This document shows positions 52,578 to 64,000 of a stretch of DNA of 64,000 bases, one piece after another. Source of the DNA: Chrysomallon squamiferum (lineage: Eukaryota > Animalia > Mollusca); assembly GCA_012295275.1 (NCBI GenBank), contig CM022676.1:10230001-10294000 (forward strand), given 5' to 3'. Positions within the stretch are counted from its first letter, which is position 1; each line of letters begins with the position of its first letter. The notes under the pieces are model-generated. The model was not told where the DNA came from and did no database searches. It was given only the letters and a program-made list of their open reading frames with translations. The translations under genes and the position numbers were made by a program.

Positions 52578-53520
52578 TGATGTCAAAATTGTTCTCTCGT
52601 TCTCTTGATGTGGAAGTTGTACTGACAGAGATGTCAAAACTGTGTTTGCAGAAGTGATGTCAGAATTGTACTCACAGTATCAGTGTCAAAATTGTACTCA
52701 CAATGTCAGTGTCAAAATTGTACTCACAGAGATGTGAAAGCTATGATGTCAACTTGCAGAAACTACATCAAAACTGTACTCATTGTTAATGTCAAAGTTT
52801 GTACTTGCAGAAGTGACATCAAAATTGTACTCACAGTGCTGATGTCAGAATTGTACTCACAGAGAGGTCAAAATTGCATTCACAGAGTTGAAGTCAAAAC
52901 TGTAGTCACAGTACTGACATCAAAACAATACTCACAGAAGTGACATGAAAAATTGAATGATAAGGTTTAAATATTCGTTTTAAGCTAATTTCCAAAAATT
53001 GTTTACCAGCAATAATGTGTAACAGAAAGTTTGATTTGAATTGTTTATTCCATTTGAGAAAGAATATTAATTTGCTTACCCAGTTTATGAAAGAATTTTA
53101 AATTTGTTTACTCAGTTTATGAACCAGTATTAAATTTATTTATTTGGTTTAAGAAAGAATATTAATTTTTATTTACTTAATTTATGAGGAAATATTAATT
53201 TTGTTTACTTTAATTATGAAATAATATTAAATTTATTTACTTGATTTATGAAAGAATATTATTTACCCAATTTTGAAATAATATTAATTTTGTTTACTTA
53301 GTTTATGAAAGAATAATAGATTTGTTTACTTGAATTATGAAATAATAATGTTGTTTACAAAATTTATAAAATAATATTAATTTTGTTTACTTGAATTATG
53401 AAATAGTATTAAATTTGTTTGCTTGATTTGTGAAATAATAATGTTGTTAAATAATTTATGAAAGAATATTACATTTGATTACTCAGTTAACAAAGGAATG
53501 TTAAATATTGTTTACTATTT
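52578..53520 (+). repeat. Two adjacent minisatellites downstream of the gene C stop
   Basis: ~23-bp gatgtcaaaattgtactcacaga (52578-52945) and ~31-bp ttatgaaagaatattaatttgtttact (53030-53520). Confidence 0.85.
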
Positions 53521-53708
53521 AATTTCCAGTATTGTGTTTAGTTACAGGCATGCCTTCAGTAACATTCTTTTTTTTTTTTTTTTTTATAAATAAGAATAAT
53601 AATGTTAGTTCTATTAAATTATTTAGCAGATACAATTTCTCTTACGATTAAACAATAACATTACTATTTAATTACTAATGTTCATTTAGATTTTGCCATG
53701 TTTTACTG

Positions 53709-53741
<33 letters not shown>

Positions 53742-55177
53742 ACAAATAAATATGCTTTTCTCACCTCTGTTAAATTATTTAGCAGATATAATCTCTCTTA
53801 TGAAAAAAACAGTTACGTTTACTTAATTAACTATATTGAATTTTCAAACCATCATGTTTTTAATTATTTTCTTTCATAAAAAGTAAACAGTCTTACTTCT
53901 AGTGAATAGATATAATCTATATTACGAAACAACCAGTAATTTTTCTATATAGTGATAAACATTTATTTAGATATTATCATATTTTCATTGATCTAATTTT
54001 ATATATATATATATATATAAAATAATGATAATAATCTTACTTTTAATGAATTATTTATCAGGTAAAATCTGTATTACAAAACAGTCACTAACTTTACTAT
54101 TCAGTGATAAATGTTTATTTAGATATCGTCATGTTTTCAATGATATATATAATTCTTATATAAAGTATAAATATAGATAAGTATAATTATCTTACTTCAT
54201 GTAATCTATCTCGTGGGAAATAATAAAAAAATAACATTTAATTAGCAGTTTGAATATTTTATGCTAATCAGTTGTCTTTGTTGAATGATAATAATAAATT
54301 ATGATTGGTTTACATAAATTATGATAATAAGGTGATGTTTGCTGAACTGTTCAGCATTATGATAATAAGTTCTATTCAGAATTTGATAAACAAAAGTGGT
54401 CTGATTTATAAAATACAAAATCCATTTTAGTTATCAGAACTGATTTTTAAAATAAATTAATTATGAACCATTCAGCAAAATCTTAACTTATGATAAACTA
54501 CATTCAAAATGAAATAAATATAAGTTGTTTGATGCATAAAAGATTTCTGTTTAATGGTCAGTGTTAATTTTGGGTATACCAAAATTGTATACTAAACTAG
54601 ATATATGTAGATTCTAATATGAATTTTGATGCATATTCAGAAACCAGTGTATCAAGTGGTAACTAATTATTGTGTTTATATTTCTGTTAAAAGAAATATT
54701 GTTACAAATACATTAATACTGTGTTCACTTATAAATTGTTTCTAATGAATATTTATATTTAAATGTAGATACAATTTCGTATTTAGTGCTGTTACAATTG
54801 TTTCTAATCAGCATTTATTTATTCAGAGTAAATAAAATTTCATATTTAATGTTGATATTTATGTTTGACTTCTGTTTTCATTTGACATTCATGTTTGTTT
54901 GTAAATTATAGTGTTTAAAACATCTTTTTGATTTAATTTTATTACTCTGTTATTTATTAGAGGTTAAATTATTAGTTTAAGAATAATAATGTTAGTTCAG
55001 TCAAAAAGTAAACCAGTTATTTCATACAAGAAATGATAGCACGTATAAATTTTGTCAGATTCTGAGAATATTATATTTAAAATATAGTAACAAAAATAAT
55101 AATAATAATAATAATACTAACAATAATTTAAAAAAACAACAATAACAAACAATACTACGATGATGACGATGACGATG

Positions 55178-55226
<49 letters not shown>

Positions 55227-55748
55227 TAACAATGGTAGCAATGGCAATAATTAATAAATAAATAAATAAATTCAAAAAGATTATCATAATGAACGAGCAA
55301 CAACATCTTAAAAGAAAGGAAATTTCACCACTTCATGCAAAAAATAACGTGCCCATTACGTTGTAAATAATTAAAGACCGCAACACTATGCTGTATAGTA
55401 TACACTCGGTCGATATAATTACAGGAAGAAACAGTAAAATGTAGAAACGTTTCGAAAAGTAAGTTATTTCAGACTGTTACTATAAATAAACATAATATTA
55501 CTGTTCAGCTGCCAGTTCTGCTTTCATTTAAATAATTATTTGACACATAAATAAAATAAAAACGATTACCTTTCTCGAATTCCAAAACCCCATCTGTACT
55601 CGACGTCTGCTATCGTGACGTAAATAAATTGTTAAACAAATGAATACCGATTAAGAACGAAGTTTGTCGAACATTGCCGAGATTAAAAACGAAATCATAG
55701 CATTGCTTATTGACTATTTAAACTGAACTGCTGCTGCTTTTATTCTTG

Positions 55749-55806
<58 letters not shown>

Positions 55807-56064
55807 AACAAATAACTACTACAAATAATAATAATAATAATAATAATAAAAGATAAGAAATAACATGAGTTACTGAAAAAACTTAACTGGAAAGAAACCA
55901 ATAGTTTTAATTATAAATATAATTATTAAATCGATTCTATAGAAGATGAGTTTTAAAAAGCCTGCATTTGTTAGCTTGATTACTTTAGCTATTCTTGTAA
56001 CAACAGTGGATTGCAATAATAACTCATAGTACTGGGTAGATCTTCTCAATCATAGTTATAATTC

Positions 56065-56132
<68 letters not shown>

Positions 56133-56538
56133 GCTACTATACCTCCTACTACTGATAAAAACTATTAGTTACAAATTCACATTAATTAAATACAGTTTAT
56201 TTTTCTCAGCATTGTACAGAACATAAATAACTGCTATATTAATGGGATGAATTTTATTTGTCATACATGAGTCTAAGTTTAATCTGATAACCGTTAAATA
56301 CGTCTGGGCAAAAATACATCAAGAAAAGTAATATAAATGTCTTAACGACTTAAAAAAAAAAAAAAAAAAAAAAGTTATTATTTGTGGATGTAGCTCATGG
56401 TGGACCCTTCAGATTTCCGAGATTCAGGTTTGTATTTGTTAAATTATTATTTTTGTTTGTTTGTCTGTCTGTTTGTTTATTTTGATAATAAATTTATTTA
56501 TTTATTTATTTATTTATTTATCTATTTTGTTTCGTTCG

Positions 56539-56578
<40 letters not shown>

Positions 56579-57046
56579 TTATTATTATTGCTATTTTTGT
56601 TATGTTTTATTATTATTTTTTATGTATTTATTTTGTGTTTTTATTACTTATATAATTGTTTATTGTTTACTTATTTCTAATTTACTCATTTTAATGTTAT
56701 GCACTGTTTGTGTGAAGGTTTGTGTATGTACGTATATTATATCTTTGATATGTGTGTGTGTATGTGTACGTGTATGTAAAATGCAAGTATATCTTTCTGT
56801 ATATGTTTGTGCGCGTGTGTGTACGTGAACGTGTATGTATATGAAAGCATACATATATGTTTCTCTCTCTCGCTCGCTCGCTCTCTCTCTCTCTCTCTTC
56901 TTTCTGTCGGAATCTCTTTCTCACTCGCTCGCTCGGTATGTGTGTGTGTCTGTGAATTTTAATTTGATAACGAGAATTTCTCTGTTTGAAATTAACTAAC
57001 AACAGTTTTACGAGTTTCCTGTGATGTATTTATTTTCAGAGTGAAA

Positions 57047-57364
57047 ATGGCGGCACATGGACGCAGTTTCGTAGTTACCGTACTTTGTCTAATAACCGTT
57101 ACGTCGTCAATTAAATATTTCGTAACCGACATTGCTGTCTCCTCGTTCTTTTTTATACGTTCTAACCACGGAATGCCGGGTAATTACGGTTTCGAACAGA
57201 CGAAGAGAAGAAGCATCTTCGACTGCGCCAGAAGCTGTCAGGTCAATAACAACTGCTATTATTTCTTTTACAACAGTCAAACGAAACTGTGCAAGCTTTC
57301 ACGTTTCAGACTGAGTCCGGACGAGATCTTTGAAGGTAATTGGGAAACATGGAGGATGAAGTAG
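57047..57364 (+). CDS. Small secreted PAN/apple-domain protein (105 aa)
   Basis: Acceptor tttcag at 57034-57039, ATG in aaaATGG context, hydrophobic leader SFVVTVLCLITVTS, PAN-type Cys core SIFDCARSCQVNNNCYYFFYNSQTKLCKL (C-x3-C-x5-C-x11-C). Confidence 0.8.
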   Translation: MAAHGRSFVVTVLCLITVTSSIKYFVTDIAVSSFFFIRSNHGMPGNYGFEQTKRRSIFDCARSCQVNNNCYYFFYNSQTKLCKLSRFRLSPDEIFEGNWETWRMK

Positions 57365-57372
57365 AAACCCGC

Positions 57373-57580
57373 GTCACGTGACCTTGTGAATCTAGGATAC
57401 AAGTAAGCTACGTGAAGATTATAACTGAATTTTCATACGCGAAACATGCATCACATGATCTTGTGATATTTAGGACGATAAATTAAGTGATGATTATAAC
57501 TGAATTTTCATAGGAACATACATCACGTGATCTTGAGGATCTTGGACAGTGAGTTATGTAAAGTTTAAAACTGAATGTTA
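57373..57580 (+). repeat. Three ~75-bp tandem units just after the PAN gene stop
   Basis: Each begins tcac(g/a)tga(c/t)cttg and contains ataactgaattttca-like sequence. Confidence 0.75.
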
Positions 57581-57843
57581 CACACTGTCATGGCGAAGTA
57601 TGTTCGTAAAAGTAGTATTTCGTGACTGAGATATGTAATAAAATAATTTTAACTGTCATCTCAGTTTACTGATTTCATGTTTTACTGTTTTACCTATATT
57701 ATTATTGTTGTTGTTGTTGTTATTATTGTTGTTGTTGTTGTTGTTAATAATTGTTTAATGTTCTAAGTCTTCACTTCTTCTTTTCCCCTTTTTTTAAATT
57801 ACAAAATACAATAACAGTATTAATAACAACAACAACAACAGCA

Positions 57844-57889
<46 letters not shown>

Positions 57890-57957
57890 TAACAACTGTA
57901 ATAGTTTTGTATTACCGGCAGTAGTAGTAGTAGTAGTAGTAACAATACCAAAATAAA

Positions 57958-58006
<49 letters not shown>

Positions 58007-58543
58007 TAATAACAACTGTACTAGTTTAGTAGTAGTAGTAGTAGTGGTAGTGGTAGTAGTAGTAGTAACAATACCAAAAATAAATACAAATTAGATTTCA
58101 ACATTCAGTAATATTTTCCATTTGTTAATATAACTTTATGTATTCAGAGTATTAATACAGATGCTTTAGATACATACATTTTACTTATTTATTAAACCTT
58201 TAAATAGGATATATTCACAGCAGCATCTTTTATTTATTAAATAAATCTAAATATACTCTAATAGTCTTTCTCGGTTATCTGTCCTGAATATCTTCTGTGG
58301 ACTTTTAAGACATCAATAATAATAGCTTAGTAAAGACATAAACCTACATATCATCAATATTGCATGTTTTAGATTACTTTCTTTCACTATCAGATCATCG
58401 AAAACAGTTTGTTGTACATGCATATATACATTCGTACGTACAGACAGACAGGCAGAAGAAAACAATAACATACATTTCTAAACACGTAGATAGGTACACA
58501 CATTTTTTCATACATATAAACACACGTACAAACACACATATAT

Positions 58544-58604
<61 letters not shown>

Positions 58605-59215
58605 CAATAACAGTAGCTGTTGTTATAGTAGTAGTTGTAATATTATTAGTAGTAGTAGTTGTTGTTGTTGTTGTTGCTGTAATAGTAGCTGGGCAGATCC
58701 AGCTTCTATGATGAGCGGCAGTCCATGACAGAAAGGGGGGAGTCCATAACGTTAAGAAAAGGCGATACTGAAAAATTGCACAAGATCACATGGACCATAA
58801 CATAATAGTGCTACAACAGAGACGCGGGCAGACGTACTCTACAGTGTTCCATACACTGACAGAAATCTTTAAAAACTAAAGACGCGATGAAAACGCGAGG
58901 GGTACCTTTTCCAAAGTGGAATCACATTTTCTCCGCACGTGGCAAAAATGGGGCGAAGCTATCCGAAAGTGCTGCAAGGGTTGCCCCACCCAAGGGGAAC
59001 AACTCATTTCCGAAACGTGCAAAAAACAACAACAAAAAAACCCGCACATATTTTGAAAATTTGCTCGTTTATTTTTTCACACGCATTTTCAAAACGTGCC
59101 GCACCTTTTGTAAATGTTGGAAACGTGTTTGCCACGCTCGCCCCGACGGCGCGTACCTTTTGCACACGTTGAAATATTTTTCCCCGACCCCCGGGCATAG
59201 TGCCACATGGCTTTT

Positions 59216-59613
59216 CAGTTTTTGAAAACCGAATATTTTCAAGACGCGATGAAAATGCGAGGGGTACCTTTTTCAAAGTGGAAAACAAATTTCTGCGCAC
59301 GTAGTAAAAATGGGGCGCACCTACCCAAAAGTGGAGCAAGGGTTGCCCCATACGGGTGAAAAGTGACGCGCGGCCCACCCAAAGGGGAACAACTCTTTAC
59401 CAACACCTACCAAAAAGTGGGGCATGTCCGAAATGAGTTGTTCCCCTTGGTTGGCGCGTCCGGCACTCTTCACCCGTGTGGGGCAACCCTTGCCTAACTT
59501 TTGGGTAGTTGCGCCCTATTTTTACCACGTGCGGAGAAAAAGTTATTGCACTTTGAAGAAGGTACCTCTCGCATATTCATCGCGTCTTGAAAAAATTCGG
59601 TTTTCAAAAACTG
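59216..59613. mobile_element. Foldback/MITE with ~180-bp inverted arms; extra partial arm at ~58880-59012
   Basis: cagtttttgaaaaccga...aagacgcgatgaa...ggggaacaactc mirrored by gagttgttcccc...ttcatcgcgtctt...tcggttttcaaaaactg, followed by TA. Confidence 0.75.
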
Positions 59614-61546
59614 TAATGAATAATCATAAATAAATAATATGACTGTGTTTAAACAAAATATTAAACTGTTAGTTTTCATTGAGCTCTCTACTAAATTAAA
59701 CATTTGTACTTACTGTTCAGTTTGATTAATTTTCTGTATTAAATATTAATGAAAAATTATTCTTATTATTATTAAATTATTAATAAAATTAATTTTTTTT
59801 TTTTTTTTTTTTTTAAAGTAAAAAAGTAGAACATACCATTAATAATAATAAAAAATTAGGTTGGTATTATCTTTCCTTTTTACTTTTCTTTTTCTTTCGT
59901 TCTTTTTATTTTATTTTTTTCTTTCTTTGTTTATTTCCTTTTTTCGTTATTTTCTTCTTCTTCTTCTTTCTTTTTCATGGGTTATAAACTATGTTCGATT
60001 ACAGATGTACATTAAACCAGTTTAAGTGCAAATCGAACACGCTCTAGCGTACAGGAATATGTTTCATTGGTACATTTAACAGAACTGGTTTTAATACATT
60101 ATTTATGTTTTATGATAGCAACTACTGTACAACAAATTTAGGAAACAAGCTAACAATTGAATGTATACTGCTTATAATTTAACGTGTGTTTTTATAACTC
60201 AGTCACATGCACAATATGTAAGTGGTTCGTAAGTTGTCGTACGTAACATTCTTTTCTCTGTACCTGTAAGTGGACTATCAGTTTCATTTTTTTCTTTTTT
60301 ATCTGTACACGGTCTGTATCACTGTACAGTTTTGTCACTGCATCCGAACTGATATCAGACGCTCGAATCTCATCAATGGTAAGATTAGTAAGTTCGTAAC
60401 AGAAAAGAAGAAAAAAAAAAAAAAAAAAAAAATAATAATAATAATAATTTGTTCTCCGGTGGCAGCGGGTTCTTGTATAGTGTAGAAATGAATCGGACAA
60501 AGTATTCAGTCCTAGATGCATGTATACATTATAAACACATTCTCTTCCTTAATAACTGACACGAAATTATACCACAGTACATCTGCTGGTTTAAATACAG
60601 CTTACGTTTTACAGTTACACCATAACAACGACAGTTTGCAAGCAGTTCATATCCCAAAGTACGAAGGGACACTGCAAAATTTGTAAATAATTTTCTCTTC
60701 TACTAAACAATATTTTCTAATTCTTTTTCTTCTTCTTTTTTTTTGTTTTTGTTTTTTTGTTGTTGTTTTTTTTTGTTTTGTTTTTTCTTACTGCGGAATA
60801 AGGGCGACCCTGAAACCCCTACATTATTAATTTTGGATCAGCCCCTGATCAGCAAGTCCCGACCTTCCAAAACACATTTGTGTTAGGTTTCGCATACCTC
60901 AAGTACTTACTTGGCTTCGTATCCACTGCGCAATATCTGCGCGTAATTAACTCAGACTCGATTGCATGTTTTTCATCTGGCAGACGAGAATATATTTTTC
61001 TTCTAGAATCTTCCTTGAACCGCTGCCAGTTTGCCGCGCTATGCGTGCGGAAATCTCGCACGAAATGTTGTTTCGCGATACTTTTAATTTTTTTTTGTTT
61101 TTCAGTTTTTCTTCTTTTTTTTTGACAGTATTTGTTCATTTCGCGGTTCTGTTTCAGTGTTAGGGCATTCACGTGACCTGATGTCAGTTTGGTAAAAGGT
61201 TATGTATGGAAGCTGTGCCCGTGTTTGAATAATAATAATAATAAAATGTTAGATACAGTTCTTCAGGTGTAACCAATAAAAACATGCAAATCGAGTTAAC
61301 GCCCTTCCTTTTTCTTTTTTCTTTTTTTTGTTTTTTCCCATGGATTTTTTTTTTTTTTTGTTTTTTCAGATTAGTTCCTTCTTTGTTTTATTTATTTATT
61401 TATTTATTATTTCAGAACAGTGTCGAAAGACTAGGTTATCAAAGATTATGGTTTGATAAATTCTGTTTATGGGATGGTACGTACTAAACAACACTTGCCG
61501 CTGCGTTTTCTCTCATTATCTCTATGAATCTTAACCTGAAAACATA

Positions 61547-61625
<79 letters not shown>

Positions 61626-61706
61626 CTCCAAAAACGAAACACTGTTCATGTATTTGGCATAAATAAATAAATAAATAAATTTAAATACGTACGATGTTTC
61701 ATCTTA

Positions 61707-61737
<31 letters not shown>

Positions 61738-62393
61738 TTTAATTTTATTTGAATTTATTTTATTTTATTACTTCTTCTTCAAACACTTCTCCTCTATTTT
61801 GAAATAGAAATGCCAACAACATTTACAGAAGAAATCATGTTGCTTCTTAACCCATACCGTATTTAAATTTCCAGAATTATATTTCTTAATATATCGTTAA
61901 AAATGTATTCATATATTCATTCATTCCGTTTAAAATGTTCCTGTCTTAACAGGTAACAAATGTCTATTTTATTCTTAACAGCATGAAAGTTTGCAAGCGC
62001 AAATCCGTTTTTCGTTTCCTGATGGTTTTGTTTACTATAATTATCACGGAATTCTGAAAATGTCGTATACAGTGATCTATCATCAAAGCATGGACCAAAA
62101 CAATCACCATTGCTTGTTACTTGCTGTAAGATAATATTTACTAAACAGAACAGTGTTTATCTAGCAGAACGGATAGTAACTGCTAACTGGCGTTTGGCTG
62201 AAGATAAGTTCGGTAAAATACAGATCTGAGTGTTTTGTTACTAGCCGTTTTGAAGACACTGATGTGTTTTTCTGTTTTTACGTTACAACTGTTTGGCATT
62301 TCATGTTGGTAGGTGTGGGTGGAAAGACTCGTAACAAGTGCAAGGTTTATTTCAAGAAGATATGCTTTGCATGAATGCTTCTAGATATATACT

Positions 62394-62433
<40 letters not shown>

Positions 62434-63843
62434 TAGATACACAGAGAAGCACAAATTCACCATATATACACATGTGTAGATAAATATACACGCATTCCTA
62501 CCTACCTACTTACTTACAAACATAAACAAATTATTTAACATATATTTATGCATTGCTAACAATGCATGTGTCAAAACAAAACAAGCAATAAAACAAAGAA
62601 AAGAATAGAAAAATAAATAAATAAATAAATAAATAAATGAAAACAAATTTTTGCAATCATAATGCACAGTAAGAGCAACCTTGACCTTTCAGTGTGTTTT
62701 TTTCTTTCTTTCGTTATCAATTCTTTCCTTTTATTCGTTCCTTCTTTCTTTCTTTCTTTCTTTCTTTTTTGTTTTTGTTTCTATCAAAGCCAGTATTCTA
62801 AGATGAAGAAGAAGAAAACAAGACAGTTAAATTGAACAGTAACTTTATTCAAACATCGATTGAGATGCAAGTTAAACAGACACGCCATGGCGACCTGTTC
62901 TCATTAACATCACTCTGGTATTCATGCGCACGATCCTTTGATTATAGTTCCTGCGCAATATTTTCCGGAAATACTCCGATGCGTTGAGAGTCATACTAGA
63001 TCAACGGAGAGAAAAAAAAAAAAAAAAAAATGATACTAAAAATTTAGGAACTAATAAATGTTATTCAGACAGTATTCAGCCAATAAGCTTGGTTTTCCGA
63101 CATATATGCCTGTGAGATAGTTAATTTAAACATCGATGGTCGGGAAAGAGCCAAATTATAAAACACAAAAGAACGTATGAAAGCTCGAAAACAAAATCAG
63201 CTTCCAAACACATTATTCTCCGTTATTTAATTTTGTTTGTTTATTTAGTAGCCGATATTACTGTAATTTCCGAACATATCCGAAAGTTGCCGAACATATC
63301 CGAGTATTTCCGAACATAGCCGATCATTTCCGAACAAAAGGACATCGTATAATTTCACATTTCTTGAAACTGTATTGTTCATCTAGTGATACTTTCTTCC
63401 ATGGAGCACATATCAGTGTATTGAAAAATTAACTGCTTAAATAAATTATACACATTCTGTTCTCTCTTCATCGTCTGCATGTTGTGTATTATAGTTTTGC
63501 ATTAAAAAAAAAAAAACAAAAAAAAAAAAAAAAAAATCATTTTAATATAAAAAAAATTATAGTTGAAAGTAAAGACATTTCAACGGCATAAAAAATGTAC
63601 TAATGAAAGCACTATGATAGCAGTAATAGATATGAAAATATTTGTGTACACTTTAAATTTCACATTAAGATAAAATCGAATCAAGAATTAAATTTTTATA
63701 ACATTAACTGCATATTGATCAACATTTACTTTCAAAACTAATACAACTTATCGATCTGCCATCTATTATTCGTCTTGTCACAATAATCCTGTGAAATCGT
63801 CACGATTTACGTATTCAATTGTCTATATCGATGGTTTGAAAAT

Positions 63844-63879
<36 letters not shown>

Positions 63880-64000
63880 AAAACAAATAACATTAAAAAC
63901 AACCTTTTGATTATAACACAATTAAAAGTGTACATACGACATGTAATTCCAATAAATATAATAAACTTTTTTTTTAAATAGAAATTTAGACAATTTGATA

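Noticed and set aside
58887-59633. GC-rich ORFs of 69-124 aa
   Set aside because: They fall within the foldback arms and mirror each other.
60270-61172. Candidate exons (plus-strand donor ~60379, minus-strand donor ~60912) and a 107-aa minus ORF
   Set aside because: No recognisable domain, and no consistent multi-exon model could be built.

Overview
AT-rich, microsatellite-dense eukaryotic genomic DNA. The composition resembles a mollusc/cephalopod genome, but this is an inference. Most ORFs in the track are simple-repeat artefacts. Manual splicing (GT-AG, all coding introns phase 1) reconstructs three tandem + strand type-I membrane immunoglobulin-superfamily genes: gene A 19412-27163 (signal peptide, 3 Ig, TM, short tail, ~400 aa), gene B 30586-36697 (4 Ig, ~489 aa) and gene C 40641-52501 (5 Ig, Pro/Lys/Glu pentapeptide-repeat tail, ~749 aa). 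A small secreted PAN/apple-domain gene follows at 57047-57364. Genes A and B are mosaics of shared Ig exon types. Several introns contain tandem arrays that include copies of the adjacent splice site, and the copies I could translate give truncated (soluble or tail-less) products. Also present are two inverted copies of a non-autonomous Tigger/pogo element with very different CpG decay, an RTE LINE fragment, several MITE/foldback elements and many mini- and microsatellites. All gene models are hand-derived and need RNA-seq confirmation.
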